Below, piece after piece: positions 38,808 through 48,706 of a stretch of 64,000 nt of DNA. The stretch spans positions 32,001-96,000 of the forward strand of contig JAEHCO010000001.1 in NCBI GenBank assembly GCA_020697715.1, in the 5' to 3' direction. This DNA is from Methanobacteriota archaeon (lineage in GTDB: Archaea > Thermoplasmatota > Thermoplasmata > SG8-5 > JAGLSY01). Below the pieces are notes generated by a model. The model was not told the DNA's origin, made no database searches, and saw only the letters and a program-made list of their open reading frames with translations. A program made the position numbers and the translations under genes. Numbering within the stretch: position 1 is the stretch's first letter; each line of letters opens with the position of its first letter.

Positions 38808-39650
38808 GTGAAAATAAAAGAGCTAATGACAACGAACCCAATCGTTGCAGAACTGCCTGGCAACAGGACAGACGTATTGAGACAGCTTGTGACAGAGAAT
38901 AAAACTGGAGTTCCAGTGATCAAGGCAAAGGAAGGAACTCTTATGGGCTTTGTGACAAGGCAGGACATCACCAGAAAGCCAGAAGAAGAACAACTGGCTT
39001 TGATAATCAATAAGGAATATCCCACGCTCGAGCCAAACGATGATATAATTGAAGCAGCTGAATTGCTACTCACTCATGATCTACATCACCTTCCAATAGT
39101 CAAGAATGACAAGCTGGTGGGTATCATCACCCCTGCAGATTTTCTCCAAATAATAGAGGAGATGGAGCTTAAGACACACGTGGAAAATTTCGTCAGAACC
39201 CCTTGCGTACCGGTTTACGAGGGATCGCCACTTCCGGCTGTCGACACAGTATTCAGAGTGGCTGGCCTGGTGGCCGCGCCAGTCCTTGATGGGCATGGAA
39301 AGCTCGTAGGACTTGTCACGGACAGGGACATGTTCAATCTCTCGACCATCAATGTCAGCGCGGCCGTGTCCGCACTGGGCCTAGGAGAGGATGAAGATGA
39401 ATGGAGCTGGGAAGGCCTCAGGAACATCATGAAATTGTATTTCGATGTAAGGCGAATAGAATTGCCAAGCATTCCTGTAAAGGATGTGATGATCAAGGAA
39501 CCTCGAACCGTATTCAGAAAGACATCGATCAGCGAGGCCGCACGGATCATGAAGAAATACGATTATGGACAATTACCAATAAGGGATTCAAAGGACAAGC
39601 TCGTGGCGATGATATACGAGCTCGATCTCCTTGAAGCCATGCTACCGTGA
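38808..39650 (+). CDS. CBS domain protein (two CBS pairs)
   Basis: Repeated (L/V)P(I/V)...L.G(I/L)(I/V)T motifs; SD GGAGGTG before a GTG start. Confidence 0.9.
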   Translation: MKIKELMTTNPIVAELPGNRTDVLRQLVTENKTGVPVIKAKEGTLMGFVTRQDITRKPEEEQLALIINKEYPTLEPNDDIIEAAELLLTHDLHHLPIVKNDKLVGIITPADFLQIIEEMELKTHVENFVRTPCVPVYEGSPLPAVDTVFRVAGLVAAPVLDGHGKLVGLVTDRDMFNLSTINVSAAVSALGLGEDEDEWSWEGLRNIMKLYFDVRRIELPSIPVKDVMIKEPRTVFRKTSISEAARIMKKYDYGQLPIRDSKDKLVAMIYELDLLEAMLP

Positions 39651-39654
39651 TACC

Positions 39655-41346
39655 ATGGATCCTAATATCGTCCTTGGACTTGCAAAGAGACGGGGCTTCT
39701 TCTTCCCATCCTTCGAGATATACGGAGGGATGGCTGGCATGTATGATTATGGACCTTTGGGTTCGGCCATGAAGAACAATATCGAATCTCTGTGGAGGAA
39801 GAACTATGTCCTTCACGAAGGGCTGTCGGAGATCTTTTCTCCGATAATATCCCCGGAGGAAGTCTTTCGAGCATCTGGCCATCTGGCAGAGTTCAGTGAT
39901 TTTTCTGTCCAATGTCAGAAATGCAAGCAGGCTTTCAGAGCCGACCACTTACTTGAAGAAGTGGTCGATAACCCGGATTCCATGAGCCAGAAAGAACTGG
40001 GCGAAGCAATGGTGAGCAATGATATCAAATGCCCATCCTGCAAAGGCGAACTATCCGAGCCAGTCGCTGTGAACCTCATGTTCAAGACAACGGTCGGCCC
40101 TCTTGGCGGCCGTGATGGATATATGAGGCCGGAGACCGCTCAGGCGATGTTCTTCAATTTCCATCTCCTTCACAGGTTTTACAGAGAAAAACTACCATTT
40201 GGCATAGTGCAGCTTGGCAAGGGTTTCAGGAATGAGATATCTCCGCGCCAGGGCATCACCCGTCTAAGGGAATTCAATATGATGGAGGCAGAAGTGTTCT
40301 TCGACCCTGAGAACAAGGTGTGGCCGGGCTTTGCCGAAGTGGCGGACCTCAAGCTCAGACTGCTCCCTGATGGTCTGGAAGAGCAGGAACTTTCTCTCAA
40401 AGATGCGGTTTCCAAGGGCATAATCGCGAATGAGCCACTGGCTTATTTCATGCATGTTACCAAGAAAATATTACTGGCTGCTGGACTTGATGATAAGAGG
40501 CTGAGATTCAGACAGCATCTGAAGACCGAGATGGCGCATTATGCTGAGGATTGCTGGGATTGCGAGGCTCTGACTGGCTACGGATGGCTGGAACTTGTTG
40601 GTGTGGCCGATCGTGGATGCTATGACCTTCAAAGTCATATCGACCATTCGGATGCGGAGCTTACCGCTTTTATTAGATTTCCAGAGCCCATCGAGATGGA
40701 GGCCACGGTCATAGTACCAAACCTGAGCGCCCTTGGCCCATTGTTCAAAGGCAAGGCAGGAGCAATTGCTACAAGGCTTGGTGAGATGCCTTGTGATGGC
40801 CTTGATGCCACCATGCCGATCGTTCTGGACATGGATGGAGAAGAGGTCACCGTCCCCGCCAATTGCTTCACCATATCGCAAGAGATCAAGAAGGTGAGCG
40901 GCAAGAGGATCGTACCTCATGTGATCGAGCCATCATATGGATTAGATAGGATATTCTACACCGTGATGGATCACAATTACAAGGAAGATGGTGAGTATGT
41001 GACACTCGGCCTGCCGATCGCGATAGCCCCCATCAAATTTGGTGTATTCCCACTCATGACGAAGGACGGACTGGATGACATCGCTTCCGAGGTCGATAAG
41101 AAACTCAGACAGAAAGGATTATTAACATACTACGACGGCAGCGGGACCATCGGCAGAAGGTATGCCAGAATGGACGAGGCCGGTACACCCTTCTGCATAA
41201 CCGTGGATTATGAAAGCAAGGAAGATGATTGCGTGACGATTCGTGACAGGGATACCAAAGATCAGAAAAGGGTGAAGATGGATGATCTGGATAAGGTAGC
41301 TATATCCCTTGCGGATTCCTCACTCACCTTCGAAGCTATTGGTTGA
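39655..41346 (+). CDS. glyS: glycine--tRNA ligase (archaeal/eukaryotic type)
   Basis: YDYGPLG, RPETAQ, FRNEISPRQG, EMAHYA, VIEPSYG, IGRRYAR. Confidence 0.97.
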   Translation: MDPNIVLGLAKRRGFFFPSFEIYGGMAGMYDYGPLGSAMKNNIESLWRKNYVLHEGLSEIFSPIISPEEVFRASGHLAEFSDFSVQCQKCKQAFRADHLLEEVVDNPDSMSQKELGEAMVSNDIKCPSCKGELSEPVAVNLMFKTTVGPLGGRDGYMRPETAQAMFFNFHLLHRFYREKLPFGIVQLGKGFRNEISPRQGITRLREFNMMEAEVFFDPENKVWPGFAEVADLKLRLLPDGLEEQELSLKDAVSKGIIANEPLAYFMHVTKKILLAAGLDDKRLRFRQHLKTEMAHYAEDCWDCEALTGYGWLELVGVADRGCYDLQSHIDHSDAELTAFIRFPEPIEMEATVIVPNLSALGPLFKGKAGAIATRLGEMPCDGLDATMPIVLDMDGEEVTVPANCFTISQEIKKVSGKRIVPHVIEPSYGLDRIFYTVMDHNYKEDGEYVTLGLPIAIAPIKFGVFPLMTKDGLDDIASEVDKKLRQKGLLTYYDGSGTIGRRYARMDEAGTPFCITVDYESKEDDCVTIRDRDTKDQKRVKMDDLDKVAISLADSSLTFEAIG

Positions 41347-41350
41347 TACC

Positions 41351-42181
41351 TTGTCAGATGATCCAGCCCTTCAGAAGAATATTGATGATACTCATCGTCT
41401 TATTCTGAGCCATCTTGAAAAAGAGCTGGGCGATGATCGTCGCTATGGCCATCATGATCCGGATCAACAAAAGAAGACCGCGGTTCTTTTCTCCGGCGGT
41501 CTGGACAGTGCTTTACTGGCTCATATCGTCTCACAGGAATTCTTCAAGCCGAAATTATATTCCATTGGATTCAAAAAATCCAATGACCTCAACTGGTCGA
41601 AGGAAGCTGCAGACCTGATGGGGCTGTATATTGAGCAAGTTGTGATCGATGTGGAAGATATTGAAATGGCGATCAAGCACATTGTCCATGATATCGGAAT
41701 GGACAATCCAAAATGGATGGCTGTCTTCATTCCTTTTTATCTCATACTTAGCCAGGTGGAGGAAAGCTCCCTTATATTGGGCCAGGGAGCTGACGAGGTC
41801 TTTGGAGGATACAGAAAGTACAGGGAAGTTGATGAGAAGGAAGCACAGGCCATGATGGATAGGGACATCATGGAAATAATCGAGAGCGAGGCTTCCTTTT
41901 ATCACAAGATGGGAGGACATTTCGGCAAGAGATTGATACTCCCTTACCTTGACCCGGCGATCATCGAATACGGCAAGACCATACCTTTCGCCCATAAGAT
42001 AAATGAGGATCAGAACAAGAGAGTGTTGAGACTCCTGGCAGAAGATATTGGCCTTCCATCCCCGATAGCACAGAGACCGAAGAAGGCCATGCAATATGGA
42101 ACAGGAGTGTCCAAAGAATTGAAAAAGATCCTCAAAAGGTCAGGTACTGGATTGGAAGAATATATTGCTGAGTTGAAATGA
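41351..42181 (+). CDS. asparagine synthase C-terminal-domain protein
   Basis: FSGGLDS PP-loop, GQGADEVFGGY, RPKKAMQYG; no glutaminase domain. Confidence 0.85.
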   Translation: MSDDPALQKNIDDTHRLILSHLEKELGDDRRYGHHDPDQQKKTAVLFSGGLDSALLAHIVSQEFFKPKLYSIGFKKSNDLNWSKEAADLMGLYIEQVVIDVEDIEMAIKHIVHDIGMDNPKWMAVFIPFYLILSQVEESSLILGQGADEVFGGYRKYREVDEKEAQAMMDRDIMEIIESEASFYHKMGGHFGKRLILPYLDPAIIEYGKTIPFAHKINEDQNKRVLRLLAEDIGLPSPIAQRPKKAMQYGTGVSKELKKILKRSGTGLEEYIAELK

Positions 42182-42257
42182 CTTATTAATTGATGAAAAA
42201 AATTAGTAATCTATATCTATGGTAAGTGCCATGTACTTTCATTATTGAGGAAATTGT

Positions 42258-43079
42258 ATGGATGTTCGTCGTGTGAAGAGAAAAGTACTCATGCTCGGAG
42301 ATGGGGCTGTCGGTAAGACCAGTCTTATTCACAAATATGTGATGGATAAGTTCGATGACAAGTACATCACCACCATCGGGACTAAGATCACGAAGAAGAT
42401 CCTCAGCCTCAAACAGGACAGTGAAAAGGTCGAGCTCACACTCATGATATGGGATATACTGGGGCAGAAAGGATACACATCGATCCAATCCACCAGTTAC
42501 AAGGGGGGTGAAGGCGCACTTATGGTATGCGATCTCACAAGGAAAGAGACCCTTGCCAGCCTGGAGGAATATTGGATACCCGAGGTAAGAAAGGTACGCG
42601 ACAATATACCTTTCATCTTCGTCGGGAACAAAGCTGATCTGGTTGACAAGAGAGAGATCACGAATGATGACCTTCAAGAACTGGCAGACAAATATGATAC
42701 GAAATATTTCCTCAGCAGTGCGAAGACTGGAGAGAATGTGGAGGATATGTTCGAAGCCCTTGGTATGTCCATCATTTCAGATCAGGCCATAGAAACTTCA
42801 GAAGCTCAAACAGTGGCAAAAAAGGAGATCAAGGATCTCGTGGATGTCACTGACATCATAATCAATGAATTCTGCGATGGATTCGGAGACAGAGAAACCG
42901 CGATGGCGATGGTGAGACAGCAATTCTCAAGAGCGGGATTGGATGTAAAAGGCCCAGTCAAGGAAAATCTGATCCAGGCAGTGGAAAATCTGGCCCAAGT
43001 GGAAATGGGCTTCAAGGACGAATTCAAGGTCAAGAGTAATTTGTCAAAGAGAAAGAGAATGATCGAACAATATGGGTGA
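42258..43079 (+). CDS. Rab-like small GTPase with a C-terminal helical extension
   Basis: G1 GDGAVGKTS, G2 YITTIG, G3 WDILGQ, G4 NKAD, G5 SAKTG. Confidence 0.92.
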   Translation: MDVRRVKRKVLMLGDGAVGKTSLIHKYVMDKFDDKYITTIGTKITKKILSLKQDSEKVELTLMIWDILGQKGYTSIQSTSYKGGEGALMVCDLTRKETLASLEEYWIPEVRKVRDNIPFIFVGNKADLVDKREITNDDLQELADKYDTKYFLSSAKTGENVEDMFEALGMSIISDQAIETSEAQTVAKKEIKDLVDVTDIIINEFCDGFGDRETAMAMVRQQFSRAGLDVKGPVKENLIQAVENLAQVEMGFKDEFKVKSNLSKRKRMIEQYG

Positions 43080-43623
43080 TCAGATGGGTAAGAAATTGAT
43101 GAAGAAGATATGCTTGCTAGGAGATGGAGCTGTCGGTAAGACCAGCCTTATCAAGAAATTCGTGGATGACTCATTCGATGATAAATATATCAAGACCTTC
43201 GGCACAAAGGTGTCCAAGAAGCAGGTGGACATCAATAGGCCAGAGGATGAATTCCATCTCACATTCCTTATCTGGGATATTCTTGGTCAGAGAGTGCATA
43301 ATAATCTTCATTCCACATATTATAAAGGCGCTGCAGGAGCCTTCATAGTATGTGATGTCACAAGAAAGGAAACAATGGATAAGCTTGAGGACTGGATCAA
43401 TGTGTTCCGAGGTGTCAATGATGCCGCTCCCATTGTATTATTGGGGAATAAATCCGATCTTCTGGATGACAGAGGGCCAGCGGATCAACAGATCAAAGCA
43501 GTGGCTGACAAATTCAATTTATCATATCATCTGACCAGTGCCAAAACAGGCGATGATGTTGAGGAATCTTTCCTCGAGCTTGGAAATGAGGTCATAACTT
43601 CCTTCCTGAAAGGAGGTGTTTGA
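43072..43623 (+). CDS. Rab-like small GTPase
   Basis: G1 GDGAVGKTS, G2 YIKTFG, G3 WDILGQ, YYKGAAGA, G4 NKSD, G5 SAKTG. Confidence 0.92.
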   Translation: MGDQMGKKLMKKICLLGDGAVGKTSLIKKFVDDSFDDKYIKTFGTKVSKKQVDINRPEDEFHLTFLIWDILGQRVHNNLHSTYYKGAAGAFIVCDVTRKETMDKLEDWINVFRGVNDAAPIVLLGNKSDLLDDRGPADQQIKAVADKFNLSYHLTSAKTGDDVEESFLELGNEVITSFLKGGV

Positions 43624-43680
43624 AAATGCAAATCATATTTGCATTTTTAAAAGCCCGAAGTGTAACGGAGGGGTTCTGAT

Positions 43681-44649
43681 ATGAGTGATGATGGCACCGT
43701 CAGCTTCTTTGTAATTCCTGGAGATGCATTGAAAAGCCTGAGCGATGAACTCCAGATCGTTCTTGGCGAGGATCCTTCCAAAGAAACAATGGAAAGATAT
43801 GGATTCAGATGCGGCGAGGGACTTGTTCGCAGTATTGGATTCGAATGTGAAGACCTTGACGAATTCCAGGAAATGATGCCTGGAATATTGATCGAAACAG
43901 GCCTGGGAAGAACAAGGGCTCTCAAATTGATCGATGATCAGATCCTTATCGAATTCGAGGATTCTGTGGAAGCGAATGCAATGGGCAAAGCGGAAGTTCC
44001 AAGCTGTAATTTCACCAGAGGTTATCTTTCAGGAGTGGTCACCACCCTTTTCAACAGAAGATATGACTGCGTGGAAGAAACATGCATATGCAAGGGTGAC
44101 GAGATATGCATGCACAGGCTTACATTGAGCAGCCAGGATATCAAGCCAGAGGCTGAAAGCGTGGAGCAGTCAGAACAGGCATTCGATCTGGAGACCGCCA
44201 CAAGCTACCTGGTGAAAGAGGAGTCTCCCGATGTCTCATACAATATATTCAAGGATTATGTCACCCATGGGCATCAGGGATTGTGCATAACCAGAGATTT
44301 CCCAGCAAAGGTGAGGAAGAAGTTCGACCTCCAAAAGACACCGATAATCTGGCTTTCTACATCGGACACGGAGAACACTGTGGCCCCTCAGAATCTATCT
44401 GCACTTTTCTACCAGATAGAGAATTTCCTGAAGAAGAGCGAGAACGGTATCATAATACTCTCTGGAATGGAATACCTGATATCCCACAATACCTACCAAT
44501 CCGTTTTAAAATTCGTTCAGCTTCTCAATGAGCAGATCGCCATAAGGGATTCGATACTGATCGTACCACTTAGCCCTCTGACACTCGATGAGAAGGACCT
44601 GAAGATGATCGAGCGGGAACTGGAAACATGGCAGGATTGTTGCGATTGA
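43681..44649 (+). CDS. V4R-domain / DUF835-like fusion protein
   Basis: CNFTRGYLSG...EETCICKGDEIC (V4R); GLCITR, IIWLS, GMEYLISHN (DUF835-like). Confidence 0.8.
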   Translation: MSDDGTVSFFVIPGDALKSLSDELQIVLGEDPSKETMERYGFRCGEGLVRSIGFECEDLDEFQEMMPGILIETGLGRTRALKLIDDQILIEFEDSVEANAMGKAEVPSCNFTRGYLSGVVTTLFNRRYDCVEETCICKGDEICMHRLTLSSQDIKPEAESVEQSEQAFDLETATSYLVKEESPDVSYNIFKDYVTHGHQGLCITRDFPAKVRKKFDLQKTPIIWLSTSDTENTVAPQNLSALFYQIENFLKKSENGIIILSGMEYLISHNTYQSVLKFVQLLNEQIAIRDSILIVPLSPLTLDEKDLKMIERELETWQDCCD

Positions 44650-44785
44650 TGTGAACAATCAGACCCTAAAGGATTCATTATTTATTATCAGGTCTAAATG
44701 TTCACATATTCAGATTTTAGACCTTGAATCCACTATAACTACATTTATATAACATACTATATAATACCGGATGAGAGGAAAAACT

Positions 44786-45385
44786 ATGAAGGGAATCGAT
44801 CTGCTGGTCAAGAAGTCCAGAGAATTAAAAGCAAGCGGCATGAATGACAAAGAAATAGCCAGAGAGTTGCATCTCTCGGTTGGAACAGTAGTATGGCTTT
44901 TGACCAGGGACGTCAAGGTCGAGGCTCCACCTTCAGATATTAAGATCGGTTGGAAATCCGTGGGCGTATATGGACACCGTATTGCGATGATGTCCGCGAT
45001 CCTGTCAGATATCCTGGAAGAGGAGACCCTGAACCGAAAACTGGAACCGGATTCCGTAGTTGGCCTGGCCATAAACGGGGTTCCTCTGGCTTCCTACATT
45101 GCTGACGAATTACAATTGGAGCTGGCCATATTCCGCCCCTCCGATGATGACAAGTCCCCGGGAGCCGTGCTCTCGAATTTCGCGAGTGTGGAGGGAAAGT
45201 CGGTCGTCATAGTGGATGATTTCATAGGCAGTGGAGAGACCATGAAGAGTGCTGTCTCGAACCTCAAGAGCCTGGGTGCTAAGCCAGTGCTCATACTTAT
45301 TCTGGTCAACAAGACCGACAAGACAGAGATCCAGGGAGTGCCTGTCAGGTCTCTCATCAGAGCCAGGTCCATTGGATTGGAATAG
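44786..45385 (+). CDS. gfcR: PyrE-like HTH-phosphoribosyltransferase regulator
   Basis: N-terminal HTH EIARELHLS; VGLAINGVPLA; PRPP motif VIVDDFIGSGET. Confidence 0.75.
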   Translation: MKGIDLLVKKSRELKASGMNDKEIARELHLSVGTVVWLLTRDVKVEAPPSDIKIGWKSVGVYGHRIAMMSAILSDILEEETLNRKLEPDSVVGLAINGVPLASYIADELQLELAIFRPSDDDKSPGAVLSNFASVEGKSVVIVDDFIGSGETMKSAVSNLKSLGAKPVLILILVNKTDKTEIQGVPVRSLIRARSIGLE

Positions 45386-45399
45386 AAAGAGGAAAAAGC

Positions 45400-46974
45400 A
45401 TGCACTGGGTCGATGTATACGCTGAGAAGCTTCTTAAATTGAGTGATAGCCATCTGGTACAAAGTGGTACTGGAATATCAGGCCAGCCCCATCTGGGTAG
45501 TGCCAGTGACATCATATACGCTGATGGAATTCACAAAGCCATCATCGAACAAGGTGGAAAGTCCAGGGCTATCTGGATAATGGACGATATGGACGGGTTC
45601 AGAAAGGTTCCCGGCCAAGTACCAAAGGATTTCAAACAGTATCTGGGCCTTCCAGCAGCAGATCTGCCATGCCCGGATGGATGCTGTGGTTCCTTTGTCG
45701 AGCATTTTACAAGGCCTTTCCTCAAGAACCTGGAAAGGATCGATATCAGGCCCGAGGCCATATCGGTCGCCAGCATGTACAAGGATGGCAAATACGACGA
45801 AGTCATTAGAACTGCGCTTGAAAAAGCAGAGGAGATCAAGACCATATTGTACGAGGTCTCCGGGAGCAAGAAAGCGGATGACTGGCTTCCTTTCTTCCCG
45901 GTCTGCGAGAAATGCGGAAAAGTTCTGACAACACAGGCTTATGCTTATGAGAATGATAAAGTTCAATACAGGTGCAGTGGCGGAGTCGCGGGAAAGACCA
46001 ATTTCCCTGGCTGTGGACATGAGGGCGAGGTCGGAATAAGAGATGGAAAACTGCCCTGGAGGGTGGAATGGGCAGCTAGATGGAGCCATCTTGGTGTGAC
46101 CTGCGAGCCAATGGGCAAGGACCTGGGAGCCGCAGGTGGAACATATGAGAGCAGTAAGATAATATGTGAGCGTGTGTTCGGAAGCCAAGCACCAATGCCA
46201 GTCCCCTATGAATGGATAGTCATAGGTGGTAAAAGACTGGGTAAGTCCGTGGGCAGAATATTGACCATTGGGGAAATGATCGATATCGTGACCCCTGAAA
46301 TTACCAAATACTTCTTCTTCAGATCACAGCCGACCAGCCACAAGGAGATCGATTTTGAATTCGCGATCCCAAAGCTGGCCGAGGACTATGAGAACAGTGA
46401 ACGTGTCTTTTTCGGTGATACGGATAATGTTCCGGAGAAGGAAATTGATGATATCAAGAGAAGCTATGAGATATCCCAGATGAACGGAGTGCCAGAAGCT
46501 CCGGGAAATGCCTATTCTCATCTTGTTTCAATCATACAGACGAACCTCGATCTGGAAGGAGAGATCGATTGGAACGGTGTATTGACAACACTGAAAAGAA
46601 CAGATAATATCGATCAGATGGATGAAAGGAGCAAGGCAAAAGGCATTGCTGTTAAGGAATGGCTTGATGGCCATGCCCCGGAAAATGTGAAATTCTCCAT
46701 TCAGAAGGATATGCCAGAAGTGGAGCTTAGCGAGGATGATAGAAAATTCCTCACTGCCCTTTCCAGTGCTATCAGTGATATAGAATGGGAAGCCAGCCAG
46801 ATCCATGACACTATCTACGAAACATCACAGACCTGTGAGCTAAAAGCAGGCCAGTGTTTCAAAGCATTGTATAAGATATTCTTAGGTAAGAATCGCGGAC
46901 CCAAATTAGGATTCCTTCTGGCCTCTCAGGATAGGAAATTCGTGGAGAGAAGAATTGAACAGGCTATTGAATGA
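45400..46974 (+). CDS. lysS: lysine--tRNA ligase class I
   Basis: MHWVD start, ISGQPHLG, GKLPWRVEWAARW, PYEW, GPKLG. Confidence 0.95.
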   Translation: MHWVDVYAEKLLKLSDSHLVQSGTGISGQPHLGSASDIIYADGIHKAIIEQGGKSRAIWIMDDMDGFRKVPGQVPKDFKQYLGLPAADLPCPDGCCGSFVEHFTRPFLKNLERIDIRPEAISVASMYKDGKYDEVIRTALEKAEEIKTILYEVSGSKKADDWLPFFPVCEKCGKVLTTQAYAYENDKVQYRCSGGVAGKTNFPGCGHEGEVGIRDGKLPWRVEWAARWSHLGVTCEPMGKDLGAAGGTYESSKIICERVFGSQAPMPVPYEWIVIGGKRLGKSVGRILTIGEMIDIVTPEITKYFFFRSQPTSHKEIDFEFAIPKLAEDYENSERVFFGDTDNVPEKEIDDIKRSYEISQMNGVPEAPGNAYSHLVSIIQTNLDLEGEIDWNGVLTTLKRTDNIDQMDERSKAKGIAVKEWLDGHAPENVKFSIQKDMPEVELSEDDRKFLTALSSAISDIEWEASQIHDTIYETSQTCELKAGQCFKALYKIFLGKNRGPKLGFLLASQDRKFVERRIEQAIE

Positions 46975-47016
46975 AGCTCCCATTATTTTTTATCTCATCC
47001 GGCAATACACATATGG

Positions 47017-48534
47017 TTGACCATGGCTAAGAAGAAGGATGGGAAGAACAAGAATGGCAAGAAAATATTGCTTATTGCCAGTTCATTCCTTGTCGCTATT
47101 TTTAACACTGTCGCTCTGCTATACATCGCCAGGAACCTCGGGACAGAGATGTTGGGGGCATTGGCCTTCCTACTTTCCTTCGTAGGCCTCTTTGCCATTG
47201 TGGGCGATATGGGACATTCCTTCGCTTTCCAGGCGGCTGTGAGTGATGGATATCCCTTTTCCAAATGTTTTTCCAAGTTCAAAAAGGCCAAATTGGGCTT
47301 GGCCTTCGTGCTCACCTTGATCTCAAGTGGCATGATCCTCATATATGGTTCTTTTCTAAGCTCGGAGGATGATAAGTTCCTCCATGTGGCCGCGATGGTA
47401 CCCATGCTGTGCTATTTTGTGTCAAACAGCATAGCTCAAATATGGATAACTGGCTCAAATATCAAAGGTAAAAATGAGTCAGAGAAGGTTTATGAGGGCT
47501 TCGATGCCTTCATAAAACTCGTCCTGATAATTGGAGTTGTAAATCTCGGCTTCCTTGAAAATGACCAGGCCGGAGTGTTCAATCTTTCTTTCATCTACTT
47601 GCTGGCATCTTCTGTCGGGCTCATGGTATTGATCAATAGTTCGAGAAAGCTCAGGAAAGGAGACTTGGATGAGAAAATAGATAGCTATTTCATATTGACA
47701 TCCAAGAAAATACTTCCATACCTGTTCTTCACATCCCTTATCCTGAATGTGGATAAGATATTGATATGGCACTGGTGGAGCCTGGCAGACCTCGGCCTGT
47801 ACTTCGGAGCGCAGAGGATCGTTATCTTCATAGGAGCATCATCAGCCGCTATCGGGACAATACTGGGGGGAGCCGTGATGAAGTTCCAGAATGATCAAAA
47901 GGATCTTGTAGAATCACTGAGATTGACTGAAAGATACATAACTCTACTGGCTGTTCCTGTCACAGCCTTCTATATCGCCTTTGCCTATCATTTATTGACA
48001 CAATTCCTTGGCCCCAGCTTTGCCACGGCTGAACAGCCAGTTATCATCCTGGCTGTTTCCGGACTCTTCATAGCCCTCTCCACTCCCTCATTGCTATATC
48101 TTCTTCAGAAGAGGGATTACAAGTATCTGGGAACCATAGCCGCGGTTTCATTGGCAATGAACATATGCCTTGGTCTTCTTCTAATACCGGGCAATGGGAT
48201 CGCACAAGATATCGAGTGGATGCATGGGATAAATGGAGCCGCTATCGCCCTGTTGGTGTCCAATGCCATCGCTTTCTTCGGATTCAGAATAAAAGTGATG
48301 TTGGACATCGGATTCAAACCCCATCCGAGGATCGCCTTCCATTTCCTGGCATCGGGCATACTTTTCGTGATCTTGAAGTTCATGATCTGGCTGTGGGATA
48401 TCGATGTCAAGACCCCACACATTTTCATGTTCGCCATCTTCGCGGCCATCATTTACTTCTTCCTGCTGTATCTGGGAGGAGAGATGCTGAAGTATGATTT
48501 CTACAGGTTCAAAGACCTGGTCAATAATGAGTAA
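47017..48534 (+). CDS. oligosaccharide flippase-like (MOP family) membrane protein
   Basis: Polytopic; IARNLG, NVDKILI, LGLYFGAQR, GAAIA. Confidence 0.8.
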   Translation: MTMAKKKDGKNKNGKKILLIASSFLVAIFNTVALLYIARNLGTEMLGALAFLLSFVGLFAIVGDMGHSFAFQAAVSDGYPFSKCFSKFKKAKLGLAFVLTLISSGMILIYGSFLSSEDDKFLHVAAMVPMLCYFVSNSIAQIWITGSNIKGKNESEKVYEGFDAFIKLVLIIGVVNLGFLENDQAGVFNLSFIYLLASSVGLMVLINSSRKLRKGDLDEKIDSYFILTSKKILPYLFFTSLILNVDKILIWHWWSLADLGLYFGAQRIVIFIGASSAAIGTILGGAVMKFQNDQKDLVESLRLTERYITLLAVPVTAFYIAFAYHLLTQFLGPSFATAEQPVIILAVSGLFIALSTPSLLYLLQKRDYKYLGTIAAVSLAMNICLGLLLIPGNGIAQDIEWMHGINGAAIALLVSNAIAFFGFRIKVMLDIGFKPHPRIAFHFLASGILFVILKFMIWLWDIDVKTPHIFMFAIFAAIIYFFLLYLGGEMLKYDFYRFKDLVNNE

Positions 48535-48644
48535 ATGAAGATGGCTTTGACTCGGTCAATAATGAGTAAATGAAGATGGCTTTGACTCGGTCAATAATGA
48601 GTAAATGAAGATGGCTTTGACTCGGTTTATAATGAATAACTGAA
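48519..48644 (+). repeat. 35-bp tandem repeat, three identical copies plus a degenerate partial copy
   Basis: GGTCAATAATGAGTAAATGAAGATGGCTTTGACTC at 48519, 48554 and 48589. Confidence 0.95.
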
Positions 48645-48706
48645 TGAGGAATAAGAAATCCTTTTAAACATGTTCATCGATACACACACTCAAATGGGGA
48701 AGATAA

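Noticed and set aside
48519-48644. Possible CRISPR array (35-bp repeats)
   Set aside because: Units are directly adjacent with no spacers, and no cas genes are present.
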